From assembly GCA_964658305.1 (NCBI GenBank), contig OZ210884.1, forward strand, positions 2,790,001-2,854,000: a DNA stretch of 64,000 bases, read 5' to 3'. Every line of letters starts with the position of its first letter. Within the stretch, counting starts at the first letter, position 1. The notes under the pieces are model-generated. The model saw only the letters and a program-made list of their open reading frames with translations, was not told the DNA's origin and searched no databases. Source of the DNA: Leptogorgia sarmentosa (taxonomy: Eukaryota). This document shows, in pieces, positions 12,878 through 26,500 of the stretch. Both the position numbers and the translations under genes were made by a program.

Positions 12878-13521
12878 AATTCATTGTAATTCAATACACA
12901 TTGGAAATCAAGTATATATTTCTCTATGACTTACGTACATACTAACAGACTGATGCAGTTTTATTATCTTAGTAAATGAATTCAAAATAACACATTAGCG
13001 CACAGCCATGAGCGCAGATGCTCTTCGAGTACTCAAGATCGGCAACATTGATAGGGTCCGTTGTAGTGTTTTGAATTTGCATTAACCTCATCCTTTTACG
13101 TACTATCCGATTAAAGAGCACTTAGACTTGCGCAACAGACACATACACAAGGAAGTATAAGCATACATGATTAGAAAAGTACTAAGCGTATATTCATGAT
13201 TATAGTCCAAAACAAGGCAGAAAACGCGGTGATTTTTGTGTACTTTTGTCCTGTATAGTGTATACATTGTGGCAATGGGCAGAATCACGTTTCGAAGCTT
13301 TAGCGAAAATCACTTTGCGTGCGCATAATGTACAGTACGATATTAAAATGCTGATTATTATTATAAGTGGTATATATTCGTTGATATATATTCTATAAAT
13401 TAGTTTCTCCTATGAAAACTCGCGCCTTAATGCATCCACATGCTTGCCTGTTATTAATTAATCATGGGAGGCGTTTTAAGTTTTATTAAACAGTAGACCT
13501 TGCTTTATCACTTAGAACTTA

Positions 13522-13680
13522 CCTATTAGTAAATGTTAAAGTGTTCCAGCTATACGTAAACCATTTAGCTTGTAGAAGAAGCGAAGACGAAAATATCTTC
13601 GAACTTAAAACCAATAAATTAGGTTTCTTTTATCGCAAATACAGACATAACATGTGGCATTTCCAAGGCGACCGGTGACT
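13522..13680 (-). other. Probable non-coding 5'UTR exon/promoter of FKRP-like copy 1 (paralogue at about 19400-19560 for copy 2)
   Basis: Conserved block shared with 19390-19560. Both end at a minus-strand AG|GTAAGT donor (plus strand acttacct). Confidence 0.55.
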
Positions 13681-14534
13681 CAAGTACGACATTGTAATAT
13701 GAGTAGATATTAATATGAGTCTTCGGCAACGCGGAAAACAAATATGAGCTATAAGCTATTTTGGCGAAAGCAATTGTTATAAATACTTGCGCTGTTCATG
13801 CACCATTCGGTTGAATTTTCAAAAGGAATGACAGCGCACGTTCGACAACAAAAGAGCTGATTTCAATCGAGGCGTCATTTTTGAGATACCTGCACGAATT
13901 AGTTTTCAAACTACCGTGCAGAATGTCAATAAAGATATAGCTCAAAAAATGAGTAATTTGAAAATTATATAAGAATGCCTTCATCAATCGTATCTGACAC
14001 GCAAATGTAAAGTCAAGATACTGATATGTCGCGACTGAAGGCTACTAAAAACTTACCGAGTTGGGTAAAAAATTAACCATTCTCCCCATATACCTTATTC
14101 GTACTTAATTTCGCGCGTACTTAATTTCGCGATTTTGTCGATGCCATATTTAGCGAGACTTTATTTTCGCGATTTTGACGACTGAAAATAGAAAAAGGGC
14201 ATTAATTTTCGCGAAATATAGAGAAGCTTAAGCTAGCACGCAACGTCCTTGGCAGGAGGTCAGTTGTTTATAGGCTGTAACTGCTGGATTCACTTCCGTT
14301 TGACGACTGTCAAAAACGTCACTTGCTTAATAAAATCTTCAGTATCGACGATCCCCAAATAATCAAGTAATACATCTGGGAAACACCAAGGAAAACAACT
14401 TGTTAGAAAAAATCCAGCGTGAGCAAAATCGAAATTTAAATTAAGGCAAAGTGCAAAGAAATTGCAAAGAAATTGCAAAGAAATTGCAATTTAAGGGCGC
14501 ACATCAAGCGTGTTTGTGGGGGATATGTGGTGTG

Positions 14535-14630
14535 GGGCGCGAGGGGCGCGAGGGGCGCGAGGGGCGCGAGGGGCGCGAGGGGCGCGAGCGGCGCGAGGGG
14601 CGCGAGCGGCGCGAGGGGCGCGAGGGGCGC
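14535..14630. repeat. (GGGGCGCGA)n 9-mer GC-rich minisatellite
   Basis: About 10 tandem copies, within a larger dispersed repeat starting near 14090. Confidence 0.9.
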
Positions 14631-14789
14631 AGTTTTAAAATTTTACTAAATTTAGCGCGTGGGGCGCGAGGGGCGCAATTTTAGAATTTTACTAAATTTA
14701 ACAATAGTAAAAAGATGTGTCGGTGGTTCCAAACTTTGTTTAATAACGTATGTGGATCAAAATTTAGCTTAAAATGAAATGTGTCTATT

Positions 14790-16382
14790 TCAAGTCTCAC
14801 AAAAGTATTCTCGAGCGGTTCCACCTTTTCCGTTAAGAAATGATTTAAAATCAGGCAGACAAGCGTTGTGTCCTTTTATCTTACATTCCATTGTCTTTCT
14901 TCCACCGTACATGGAGTGACCGAGGTATTTATCTTCGCCATATTCTTTGATCAAATACGGAAACAATCCTCTGTTGTACGCAATCCATTTACCATTCGTC
15001 TTTATTTTCATCACGTTAGGAATTGAACCGGTTCTAGGAAATATTGTCGCGATACCTCCGGAAACATCACCAACGTTTTTTGGCGTACAAAAAACGTTAA
15101 CCTGGCCTGGCCTCGATTGGACAATATAGCCCTTTTTTTTTAGTGGTTCGAACAAGTCGTATATTTGCTTAACATTTATGCCAAGCGCTAGTATATCCAC
15201 GTCACCCGAATCCCAAGGCAGTACAGAATGCATTTTAATTGCACCTAGACTGGTGCCACCTTCAACCAAGTAACTAACGTTATGCGTTTCGAAGTGTTCG
15301 GCAACTTCATGTAATGTTTTGACAAGGTAGTCGTACAAATATGGATAGGCATAAAGACCATTATACGCCCAATGTCCTCCATCCAACATAAGCTTGTGGG
15401 AATTTTTCTCAATACACAAATCTTTTCCGCTCAAGGGACTCGATGAACTGCAAAGTTCTATCAAGTTTCCTTCAAAATCTTTGAAAATAAACACTTTGTG
15501 CTTAACTGCAAATGGAATGAGTTCCTTTGATATCTCACGTGACATCCATAATTGATGCAAACTTCGAAATTCGTCGATAAAAAACATCACGCTGGGCCGT
15601 GTTCCTGCCGTGAGGTTATATTTCCATGCTCGGAAGAAGAAATCTTTAAGGACCACAACATCAGGCATTTTTGAATCGAAAGCTTCAGTTTTAGTTTGTA
15701 TACTACTTGTCCTAGCCATAAATGAAGACGATATTCCATCGCAAATCATCACATTATCCAGGAAACAGGCGTATTCATAGCTTTCGGAGAAAGTCCATCG
15801 ACACAGTCGAAAACGGTTGCACGGCACATGAAGTTGGTTTTTGGAAAGATAAGAACCTCCAACGAAATCCAACTCCGGATATTTTTCCAAAGCATTCCAC
15901 AATAAAGTCACATCCTCTTTCGGGCCATCGGACGGAATTACACTTGGTTCCAGGAACAAGAAGTATTCCGTTTTCACTTTTGGGATTAACGTATTTAAAG
16001 TGGTGGCTAGATTGCTTTCTTTCTTATCGTTCCACAAGAACACAGACTTTGGAAACATAGCTCGGAGTCGATCCAACCGACTGTTTGGTAACGTCACTCC
16101 ACCTTTATCGTACACAATTATAGATAGTTTCTCAGGGTCGAACGCCCGCGGTGATTTTGATGTCGTCACATGTTTGTCACATTTATTTCTCGCTTGTTGT
16201 TCACTCTTTTTCTGTTGTAGTTGATTTATGAGAGCCTTATTCGCAATTTTGAAACTCTCGACGTTTGCCTTGAGGGAGGTATTTTCTAGGTACATGTGGA
16301 ATATTAGTAGTAGGGTCAGGAAGGCGATTAAAGCCACTGAAAATTTTGATCGCGTAATGCGCGGATATCGCCAGTTTGCCAT
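14790..16382 (-). CDS. FKRP/fukutin-like LicD-family phosphotransferase, copy 2 (530 aa, single coding exon)
   Basis: Close paralogue of 8915-10588. Motif GGTSLGAIKMHSVLPWDSGDVDI; canonical ttttcAG acceptor just upstream of the ATG. Confidence 0.85.
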   Translation of the reverse strand: MANWRYPRITRSKFSVALIAFLTLLLIFHMYLENTSLKANVESFKIANKALINQLQQKKSEQQARNKCDKHVTTSKSPRAFDPEKLSIIVYDKGGVTLPNSRLDRLRAMFPKSVFLWNDKKESNLATTLNTLIPKVKTEYFLFLEPSVIPSDGPKEDVTLLWNALEKYPELDFVGGSYLSKNQLHVPCNRFRLCRWTFSESYEYACFLDNVMICDGISSSFMARTSSIQTKTEAFDSKMPDVVVLKDFFFRAWKYNLTAGTRPSVMFFIDEFRSLHQLWMSREISKELIPFAVKHKVFIFKDFEGNLIELCSSSSPLSGKDLCIEKNSHKLMLDGGHWAYNGLYAYPYLYDYLVKTLHEVAEHFETHNVSYLVEGGTSLGAIKMHSVLPWDSGDVDILALGINVKQIYDLFEPLKKKGYIVQSRPGQVNVFCTPKNVGDVSGGIATIFPRTGSIPNVMKIKTNGKWIAYNRGLFPYLIKEYGEDKYLGHSMYGGRKTMECKIKGHNACLPDFKSFLNGKGGTAREYFCET

Positions 16383-18840
16383 CAATAAGGAATAAGTAGG
16401 AGCCTGAAAATGGAAACAAAAGTAAATTAGCAAATCGCATTAGTTCGCAGCAAACTTGTCTGAGCGCAATGTTCTTCAAAAGGGTTAATTTTTTTGTCAG
16501 GAAACGTTGCCCATTGTTTTTCTATGAATTGCAAAGATCGCTCAAAAACGATCTAGTTCCGTTGTACATCTTTTCCTTCCACGGAATCACGATTATTTCA
16601 ATCGCTTGCAAAGTTAAACGACATTTTCCAAAAAAAATGTTGTTTTTTGCTTTTAAAATGCTATTTCACGAAGGAAAAACTCGAAATAGGGTTGAAACCT
16701 CGCACTTCGTGCTCGTGTTCCCACGAAATTTCTCATTTCTCCCAAAGTTCTACACGTGTTTCTATTCAACAATTAGACAACAATTAGACGAGGACGAAGT
16801 ACAAGTTGACTATTCGCTCATAGACAACTCGGCCTCGTTGTCTAATTGTTTTAGTATACACTTTATGCCCAGAATTGTTTATAATTATCAAGGAAATTCT
16901 TCAGAAACCTTTTTTGTATAAAATAGGGCTTATTATTTGCTTAAAACGCTTTGAAATTTTCGAACAAGAAACTATATTTTATGCACATATAAAGGGTTTG
17001 AAATGAAACTATTTTAACCGAATTTTTTAGTTGATTAATACTTTGAAATAATATGAACTTTATTTAGTCTTGCACTTTCAAAACAATTTCACTTCTGAAA
17101 TCAGTGTACAGATTGAATGCGTTTACGCCGGCCATTTTTCTATTAATACGCATTCATATAAATATTTATATGAACACCGATTGGGTATAATTATGTCGTT
17201 TATAATCTGTAAAGTCTGCGATGACCGCATAACAACGCGTGTTCGACTTTCAATTCTTAGGCAAACACTCAACCGGAGATTACAGTATGTTTTTATTTCT
17301 GGCATGCAATCGTGTTGTAATTTAATACATCTAGCTATAATCGTGGAATAAAGCATTATTTTCCGATGATTTACTAACTCATGTATAGCGTTATTATCTT
17401 TGTAAATGAACGAAATAATACATTAACGCACTAACATGAACAGCTGTATAGAGCTATCGGTACCATCAATGGCCGGCTTGCAGTGTTTTGAGGTCTTACT
17501 CTTGACCTCTTCGTTTTAATATCCGATTATAGTAGAAAACAAGATGAAATTATTCAAAATGCTGATGATTATAAATTATTTGGATAGCACATTAATCGTT
17601 GATACACGGCTATTTCAATTAATGTTGTCCAATATATGAATGTGAAACAGTGAAAGGAATTATGGATAATTGCTGTAGATACGGTAAGTCCATAATGAGT
17701 TGCTCGTGGCAATATTGCCCCTAGACAACTAGTCTTTTATTAGTTATTTATAGCTAGAATTTAACGAATTAATATTCTAGTATTCCTTCCGCGTTCGTAT
17801 ATTTCAAACGTCGAACTTTACGTGAATCAAATGAAATTGTTAATGTTCCATATCTACAAGTGGAACATTTGAAAGTAATGTCATCAAATATGGGCGCCAA
17901 TTTTGTAAATTATATCATGTAAAGATGCGAATTACGCTCTCTCTCTACTTCCGCGGTTTGCATGTTATTTGCACAACGATTTCACAATGTTATCACGTGA
18001 ATTTTTCTATTAGATCTATTTTGAAATATCTGTTCGAATTCAGTGCGGCAGTTTGCGAATGTTTCAGGATACAAGAGCTCTAGAATACAACTATACATGC
18101 AGGTAGAGAATTCAGTGCGCACGCGATTGAGTCACAAATAAATGACGTGCATATATGAATATCAGAATATATAATAATAACGTGTTACAAACCCCTTATC
18201 TTCTAATTCTAAATGCTTTCACAAAATTCAGCAATACATACGCTTCAACATGTACATTTGGGTCGACGTACAGAAATCTGCTCTCGCCACATGGATTATC
18301 CCAGAGCTTTCGATTCTTCTCTGGAGATCGCAGGCTCAGGGTACGAGATTGGACTGACAGTTAACCGATTGGGAATGGAGCGGCGTTCACTTAGCGCGTG
18401 CGCAATAATTGATTTGCCATCGCCAAGCAAGCGTTCTTGCTTTGGTCAATAAACCAAAATAACAAGAATTTTTGTGATGGTCAGAGCATTGCAACAAGCA
18501 ATACCCGCTGAAAGATTGAGATGAACCTTATATTATCATAATCCACTTCCTACTTTTTTCTTCCGACGAAGTGTCTCGAAGTAAATAGTTGAAACGTCGG
18601 GTTCGTATTGATAGGTCATAGGTGCTACATCACGTTTTTGAGCTTGGATATGTGTCTTGATAAACAATGTTTTTAATCTTTTTTACTATTAAAGTTAAAG
18701 ACCATCTAAGAGAATTATATTGTTGATTTTGAAATTATCTTCGAATATTTTTGGAGATCTAAATATTAGGGCAAGCGGCGCTTGGAAGCACGTCACTGAA
18801 TGCAGCGAAATGACGGTCCCGCAAGTAGGTTCGATGTCTG

Positions 18841-19082
18841 GGGCCGGTTGTACGAAGCCCGTTTAGCCTAAACGGTGGATAAGCTAAAATTTAATAACAC
18901 TCTTATAATACTTGTAAACATATAAACTTGAATTTCATGTGACTAAATACGTAGTGGCAGTCATAGTTGTTCTATTCATTTTGAAAACTTTCAGTTTTGT
19001 TGTTCAGTGAATGAATAGACTTGTTTTTATTTTTCAGTTTATCCACCGTTTAGGTTAAACGGGCTTCGTACAATACCGGCCC
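18841..19082. mobile_element. Harbinger-like MITE with CTG target-site duplication (relatives at about 22712-22963 and about 54843-55345)
   Basis: TIR gggccggttgtacgaagcccgtttagcctaaacggtggataa and its reverse complement; flanked ctg...ctg. Confidence 0.8.
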
Positions 19083-22000
19083 CTGGATTAACTAACCTTT
19101 ATTGTTGACACACAATCGACCTGCTCGACGACAGGATCGGTTCATGTAAAATGCGACGTTTGAACTACTGTTAGTGTAGGCCTAACATTTTACATTGACC
19201 TATGGTCGCAGTCGACCTTACAGTAATTGCAATTTGCAATAGCATCATGACTGTATATTGTATACATTACTTTCTCCCACGAAAAGTCGTCATTATGCGT
19301 ATCCACATCGTTGCTATAAATTATGGGGGGCGTTATAAGTTTCAAATAACTTATACACCTTGCTTTAATTATCGCTATGCCAGTTTTAAAAGAACTTACC
19401 TATGGGTAAATGTCCAAGTGTTCCAGCTATACGTAAACCATTTGGCTTGTAGAAGAAACACAGACGACAATACGTTGGAACTTAAAACAAACAACGTGCT
19501 TGTGTTTGTTTTATCACAAATACACTGACATAACTGATAGCGTTTCCAAGCCGACTAGAGTACAGTGAATTATGAATACGACACCTGAATATGAATACAA
19601 AGCTAAGATGACAGGTGACACTTATGTGCGTAGACGCATAGCCATATTATTTACACTTACTTAATTAAGCTCTAAACTTCTCATATTTTCGGTCTTACAA
19701 CTTGGGGGCTTTAATTGAACTGAACTGAATTTATTAAAATCCTTAAATGCCAAATATAAGATAATTTGAAAAACTCGAGGCCACAATGAGAAATATAGCA
19801 TTACATTACTATTCCTGCATACTATTTACCAATACCTAAAGTTAAGTTGCTCTCAATTCAAAGGAGAAGCAAGGTTGAATATAATACAATGCTAAAATAC
19901 TAAAATATATAATATAAAATAAAATATTGTTGATATAAAGTACGATACGATTCAAGGTATCATTGCAATCTATACACGTGCTTTGCACTGGAGCTGGTAA
20001 CCTGTCGTGAATTCTATCTTCAGGGCACTTGAATTGGCGCGTGAATTCTATCTTTAAGCCTATCACTATAGGACAGAATGACAGCTTCTTAATTACGAAG
20101 ACGAAAGGGGAGATGACTATCGATTGCATTCGTGACTATTGAAACTTTGCAAACTGCTCCTCACACGAAGGTAGATAGTAAAGCGGTGACTAGTTAATGG
20201 AATTTAGGGACAAAAACAACTCACATCTATAAGCTGCAGTCACATTTATTTGTACGTATAGTTGGTAAGTGAGGAGCAATTCCAGGACATGGCAAAAGAG
20301 AGGCTACAATTATTTTACAGCACATAGCACCGGAAACAGACAAAGGGGCAAACAATTCGACCAAATTGGCGATTCTTGTATCTGCGTATGCTGATATGAT
20401 GTATATGCGTATACAGAATTTTGGATTCACCCATTTTCCGTGTTATAACATGATTGCAGAATTGAATTGAGTCTATTGTATTAACTGCCATTCTGAAAGG
20501 TAGCTTCAAAACTGATTTGTACCAAATGAGTACTCAAAAAAGTACCCTTTCAATTCGATAGTGCAGCATGTGGAATTTGGATGTTTTTAACACCGTTATG
20601 AGCCCAAGAATGCTTACAACGGCAGAGAAAATATAGTTAGCTTTGCATTGCAAATTGATTGGAATAAAACAGAAAATAATGCATAAGATATCATACACGA
20701 TTGAAAGGATTTTGAGATTTTTAGGAAGTTAAAGGCATTCAAATTCGTGTAACATGCGGCAGTAGCGCTTGCATGAGTTCAGAGGGAACCTTTTTTGGGG
20801 GCTACGCTGCAGCTAGACGAGGGGTTGCTGCATGTTAGTATTTCTATTAATTCAATTTAATCTATTAATTTTTTCTATTAATTTGACAACGGATTTATCA
20901 TGTCAAAACACTACAAAAGGTAATTTAAATTTGAAAGAGTTCTATTTTATTGTTGGTACACTATGTACAAGGTGAGTCGAAAAAAAACTTGTCGCGTACA
21001 TTGAAAATTCATATTAGCCGAGATCTGTTGCTCCAATTTAATAATTCACAAACGTGCCTTTTTTTCTATGGCCATTTCAGATTCCAAGTACAATTTTACA
21101 TCTGAATATTAAGTTTTTCGCGCAATTAGAATGACTTGAAACGCCCACAGGGAATTGATATTGTCTGTTTGTTTGGCATGCTTCGTACCTATGTGATATT
21201 CATACAACGTCAGTGCGATTAAATGATGGAATGCAGCTAGCTAATTTGAATTTCAAACATATCACTAATCCTGTATTTTTTTCTCACTAATCCTGTATTT
21301 GACAGCTCTAATTCCGTTGGTCTGAAGATTTAAGTGGAATTACTCCAGCTGTCGGTCATAACAGTCGAATGAAAAATCCTCTTTCTCCTGCATTTATTCA
21401 TATTGCCTTCATTTTGTCTGCTCGGTTAAAAAATCCTTTAAAACCATCCAAGAATTGACGTCGGGGCCGGTTCGTACAGGCTAAGTGTAACGTAACATTT
21501 CAAGGAAATATATGTTTATAAACGAGAATTATAAATTTGACAATTTTTTTGGATTCCAATTGAAATTAAAATTTTATACGGAGCACATAATATAAACATA
21601 GTATAAATCCATTAGGCCACTAAATAGTTGGAAATGCATGTGAGAGACGATGAACAACTACACCGCCAACAGGTGCCGAAATATCACGCGCCAATTGCGT
21701 GAGTTAGCTGCTGAAATTAAAGTGCCGGCATATTTGGAATTAACAGAAATTCGAAAAAAAAAGTTCGGGGACACTCGAGTCTAGTCTAATTTTCGTTAAT
21801 CCTGGGGAGACGGGGGAGATTTACCGCCCCCTCTCGAGTTTTTGGCATGTGGGAACGACTATATAATTGTCCCCCCACTTTTTACAATTTCTAGTTTCCC
21901 AAAGTGGTAGATTTATAACTCTGAAATGGTTGTTTCCTGCAATCTCGAGGTTTTAAATGCTACAAATTTTCTCGTTGGCACCAACCATGGAATGTTGGAT

Positions 22001-23567
22001 CCTCACTCTAGGTTGAAAACGCAGCTAGGTCCCTCCGAGAGCAGACGTAGGAACTCCAGGAAAGCCATATACCCCCCCCCCCCCCAAATAATTAATCTAC
22101 AAAATAAATCCGAATCCCTGTGTGCATGAAAATGGGCATTGCAATTGAAGGAGAATTGAATGCATGAAATCCACGTCTACGAAATGTCTTTATTATTGCA
22201 ATGGTGCAACGAACAAATGGGAATTTTAATTTTCCATGGCAATAAGTTCGCAATTAACATGATCATATGAAGGATATCAGATTTATTATACTTACCCTGT
22301 ATTTCCGTGAGGCAATTTCCGTAAAATCATGCTCAGCCGCTATTCCATATAATTTGAATATCAAAGGTCCGGAAATGCTCTCTACCATATTATGTAGTAA
22401 AAATTTTATTGTTTCAAACATCAGTCAATAGCATATCATCAAATAAAAGTACGATTTTAAAGAAATGTCACAAATTATTGACCACAAGTAAAACGGTAGG
22501 TAAAAATATGTCTCAGCGAAATGAGGCATTCTGCGCTCGATTCTGCGTACATCAATCCAAATGCGTCTTCGTTCTGTAAAAAAGGGAGATTTTTATTATC
22601 AGTAAAAGAGCTGGGGAACGCAAGCCGGAGACCCTTTTTGTGGTGAATTTATGTATTTCAGCAATGATCGAGTTTTTCGTTAAGGTGGCTCAAAACACTT
22701 AAAAAATCGCAGGGGGCGGTTGTTCGAATGTTGGATAGTGCTATCTATCGTATAGCCACTTTTTTCAAGCTTCCCAAAACAGCCTGTCAATCGATCTAAT
22801 TCAGATTAAACTTTCATATCAGTTTAATGTTGAACTTTCCTTCTATTATTTGCCAGGCTCATGCATGTCTGCAGTTTCATAGCCTTTTTGTGTATTTTTA
22901 CAACGGTCGGAAAAAACCATATCAAGTGGATACGATTATTCGACTTTGGAACAACCGACCCCAGGATTATACATCGGTAATGAAAGACAGGTTACAGTCC
23001 CTTGTGCGCATGTCCAAAACGTAAACAAGTGCGGACCACAGGTCAGTTTGGTAGCCTTTCAGTTGGGAATATCTTGCAGGATTTAGAGCAGTTAATTACA
23101 TCAATTGTAAATCTTGTAGATGCTGGTCCTTGTGGACCATTTATTCAACGAGATACACAAAAGGAAAAAGTTTATTGGTAAACGAAGGCTCTATATTATA
23201 TATCGCGCAAGAGACTGTAATCCCGTTTCAACTAAGTAGCAGAAAAATTGTAAAAAAACATTTACGAGTGTTGCTATGCCAACAACGACGTGTTATCGGC
23301 ATTCCCGATTCTGGTATTGCATTCCAGAAAGCTATGAACATTTCATGGTGTGTCAATGTTATTATTGGACATAGCTTGTAATAGACCCAGCTTTGTTTAG
23401 TTTGTTTGAAGTACTTTTATAGCACGTTTCACACGGGCAAATTCAGATATGCGCTGATGTTCTCAAAATAATCCAGCTGATTGCATGGGATAGCGGTGTG
23501 TGTTAATTGGGAACAAATATTCGACTCTAACTTTTTAGTACATTGAAAAACCACATAAATACCAGTC

Positions 23568-26500
23568 TCACCTTTTAGGGACGACGTTATTTCGTTGAGT
23601 GAACAAATGTAAAATAACACCAATTGAGAAAAGATAACCTAGGAATCTAAAAGGATCCACCATACGGACTTTCGAACGCAGATAGATAAGAAACTTGTGA
23701 AGACGTCCACTCGAAATCTCGGGGTTTTTGTGGTTCTGTAAAATAAAAAAAAAGAAAATAGCAAGTAAAATTAACATACTATTCAAAACACGACCAGGAG
23801 TGTTTGATCAGAGATTACACTCGAAGCGAGAACAATACGGTTATGAACTATGAACAATACGGTTCGGCCGCGTGCGTATTACTTTACTGTGTTCCCAATG
23901 ATGTAATACAAGTTTTCCGTGTGTTCATATTTTAAGATGGGATTAATATTTTAAGGCATGTTGTCAAAGCAGAGACTATTTTTATACTCACAGGTCCAAG
24001 CTGATAATGGTCCAGAAACTGTACAAGTGTGGGTTCCGATTTCGAGACTGGAGGTAAATATTCAGAAGAAGAGTCCCGAATCCACCAAGATTTGATCAAT
24101 CTAAAACGAAAAAAAAATTTGAACTTTCTAAATTTTCAACATTTCCAATTTTCAACGAAAACAATTATCCAGCCAGTACGGAAAAAAGGGATCTCGCACA
24201 AAAATCCGATTATACAATGGGGAAATTTTTCAAACCTTAGCCAAATACGAAAGTACCATATGCAATTTGTTCTTACTTGGCATTTTTTACAAAATCCCCA
24301 ACGGATTTCGAACTCTTGATTTTGGTATAATGATATTTATAAAATTGTGCTCTGACATAACGTGGAGGTTTCTTGAACGGTTGACTTTCCGCCAGTAAAT
24401 CTAGGACATCTGGATCACCTTCCAGTAATTTATACGCTAAATGCACAAACCAAGGATTGTGTTGGTATGAGCCGAGGGCTGCGAACCACATTTGCCAATC
24501 AAGTCTTGGTTGATGTGGAACTGGGAAGAAAAATAGAAAGAATACGCAAAATATTTAGCATGTGAGGCTTACTGCATGTTGGTGGTGTTTACTTGTTCTT
24601 GCAAAATGTTTCGACCGTTTGAAATGCTCTTTCAGTTCGAAATTAATTTTATAAACTAATCACGAAAGAGCTTATTTTATTTTATTTTAAAGATTTGCCA
24701 ATAAAAAATTTACAAAACATCACAATTTGACATATGTAACAACATGCAACATGGCTGGAAATGCCATACAGAGATTAGTTCTCCAATAACGGGATCCTAA
24801 ATTATACAATGCCATACACATTATACAAACACTGCACATACAAGTTATTAAACATACAAATTACATACAGCTAATACAATTAGGACTGTCCCGAAAGGCC
24901 GAATACGAACGCGAAACTAAATCGCGATTAGAAATTTACGGTTTTTTGGGTATAAAATAAATGAATATCAATAATTGATAAACGTCATCGGTAATCTCGC
25001 TTACCAGATAATTAAGAAAATTTATTATGAATGAGAAGATACGTACCAATAAATGGTGGACATTCTCTCAGTGGTCCAGGCTTGTACCGGAAATTGTATT
25101 CCTACAAAAATACTACAACTCAATTACCTCGCTGCAGTGGTCATTCCAAATACAACCTGATGGAGACATACAGTAAAACCCCGCTAACTCGTACTCTCAA
25201 GGGAAGAGAAAAATTGTTCGAGTTAGCCGGGTTCGAGTTGACGAGGTGATGCTAAATTTCGTTTATTGCACTGCAGTGCTTTGTATCTCTTAGCTCAGTT
25301 CAAATTTCAATCCATTGTTAATTGATATTCGAAGCTATACTGTATGTATAAGCTGATGAAACTGATGTTTTCCATTCGAAGTTACGCTTGCGACTGATGA
25401 AATTAAGGCTAAGAAATTTAGTAATCCTCATTTCCAGGTTAAAGTTCGATTTTACCGGGGAATTTAATCAAGGGAAGTGAAATTTGTTCGAATTAGCGAG
25501 GAATTCGAATTAAGCAAGTTCGAGTTAACGTGGTTCTATTGTATCACCATATAAAAAACGTCACTGATAGCTTTTTGTAATTTGAAAGAAGAACGGCCGG
25601 CTGTCGCAAACACATGCCATCTTTATAGAAAGATATTAAAAAAAATCGAAGCAGGCATCGACTACACTTATTTGCTATAGCATGGATGCTGGATAGTGGA
25701 TGCTAATGGTTTAGAAGGGTACACAATTATTCGACTAATTTTATATTTTACGGAAAGGTGAAGACAATGGAGAAAGAGAAACGAAATTGCGAGAAAACAC
25801 GAAAAAAAGCCACAAAATTTTGTTCAAAAGTCCGATGCTATTGGAAAATGTTCACATTGAGAACTATGGCGTACACGAAGCTATACTAGTGAAGCACTTT
25901 ATAAAACTTTTACATAGAGGTTGGTAGAAATTTGTTTTCATGCTATAAAATATTACACAAGTAGCAACTTGATGTTGTGCGAAGAATTAACGATTAATTG
26001 CACTCATGATGTTTGAAAACTTGGCCGGATCCGGTACGTCGTTCAGTTTTAGAAAAATTTCCGCAAAACAACCCTAGCTACTACAACTACATGTACTCGT
26101 TATCGCACGCTTATTATTTTCTCCGTATATACATATTGCGTACCTTCCAGGGACCATCGACAGAATCGCTACCTTCAATAACAATTTCCGGCCGTCCTCC
26201 CACGCCTGTCATTCTAGTAGTATAAACATAAGAAACATATTTAGAAACCACATAAATGTTATAGTCACGTATAGTCCCTTCAAAATTTACACCAAAAACA
26301 AGCACCGCCTATGATACCAGCTAATAGATGCGAGAGGTGATTAATTATCACTTATTTACTGAGACCGAGGGAAACATTGTGTTTTGTGGCCCCGAGACTG
26401 CCGTTGTTGCCCGAAGCGAAGCCGAGGGCAACAATGGCGGTCGAGGGGCCACAAAACACAATGTTTCTCGAGGTTTCAGTAAATAAGTGTTTTGTTATAT

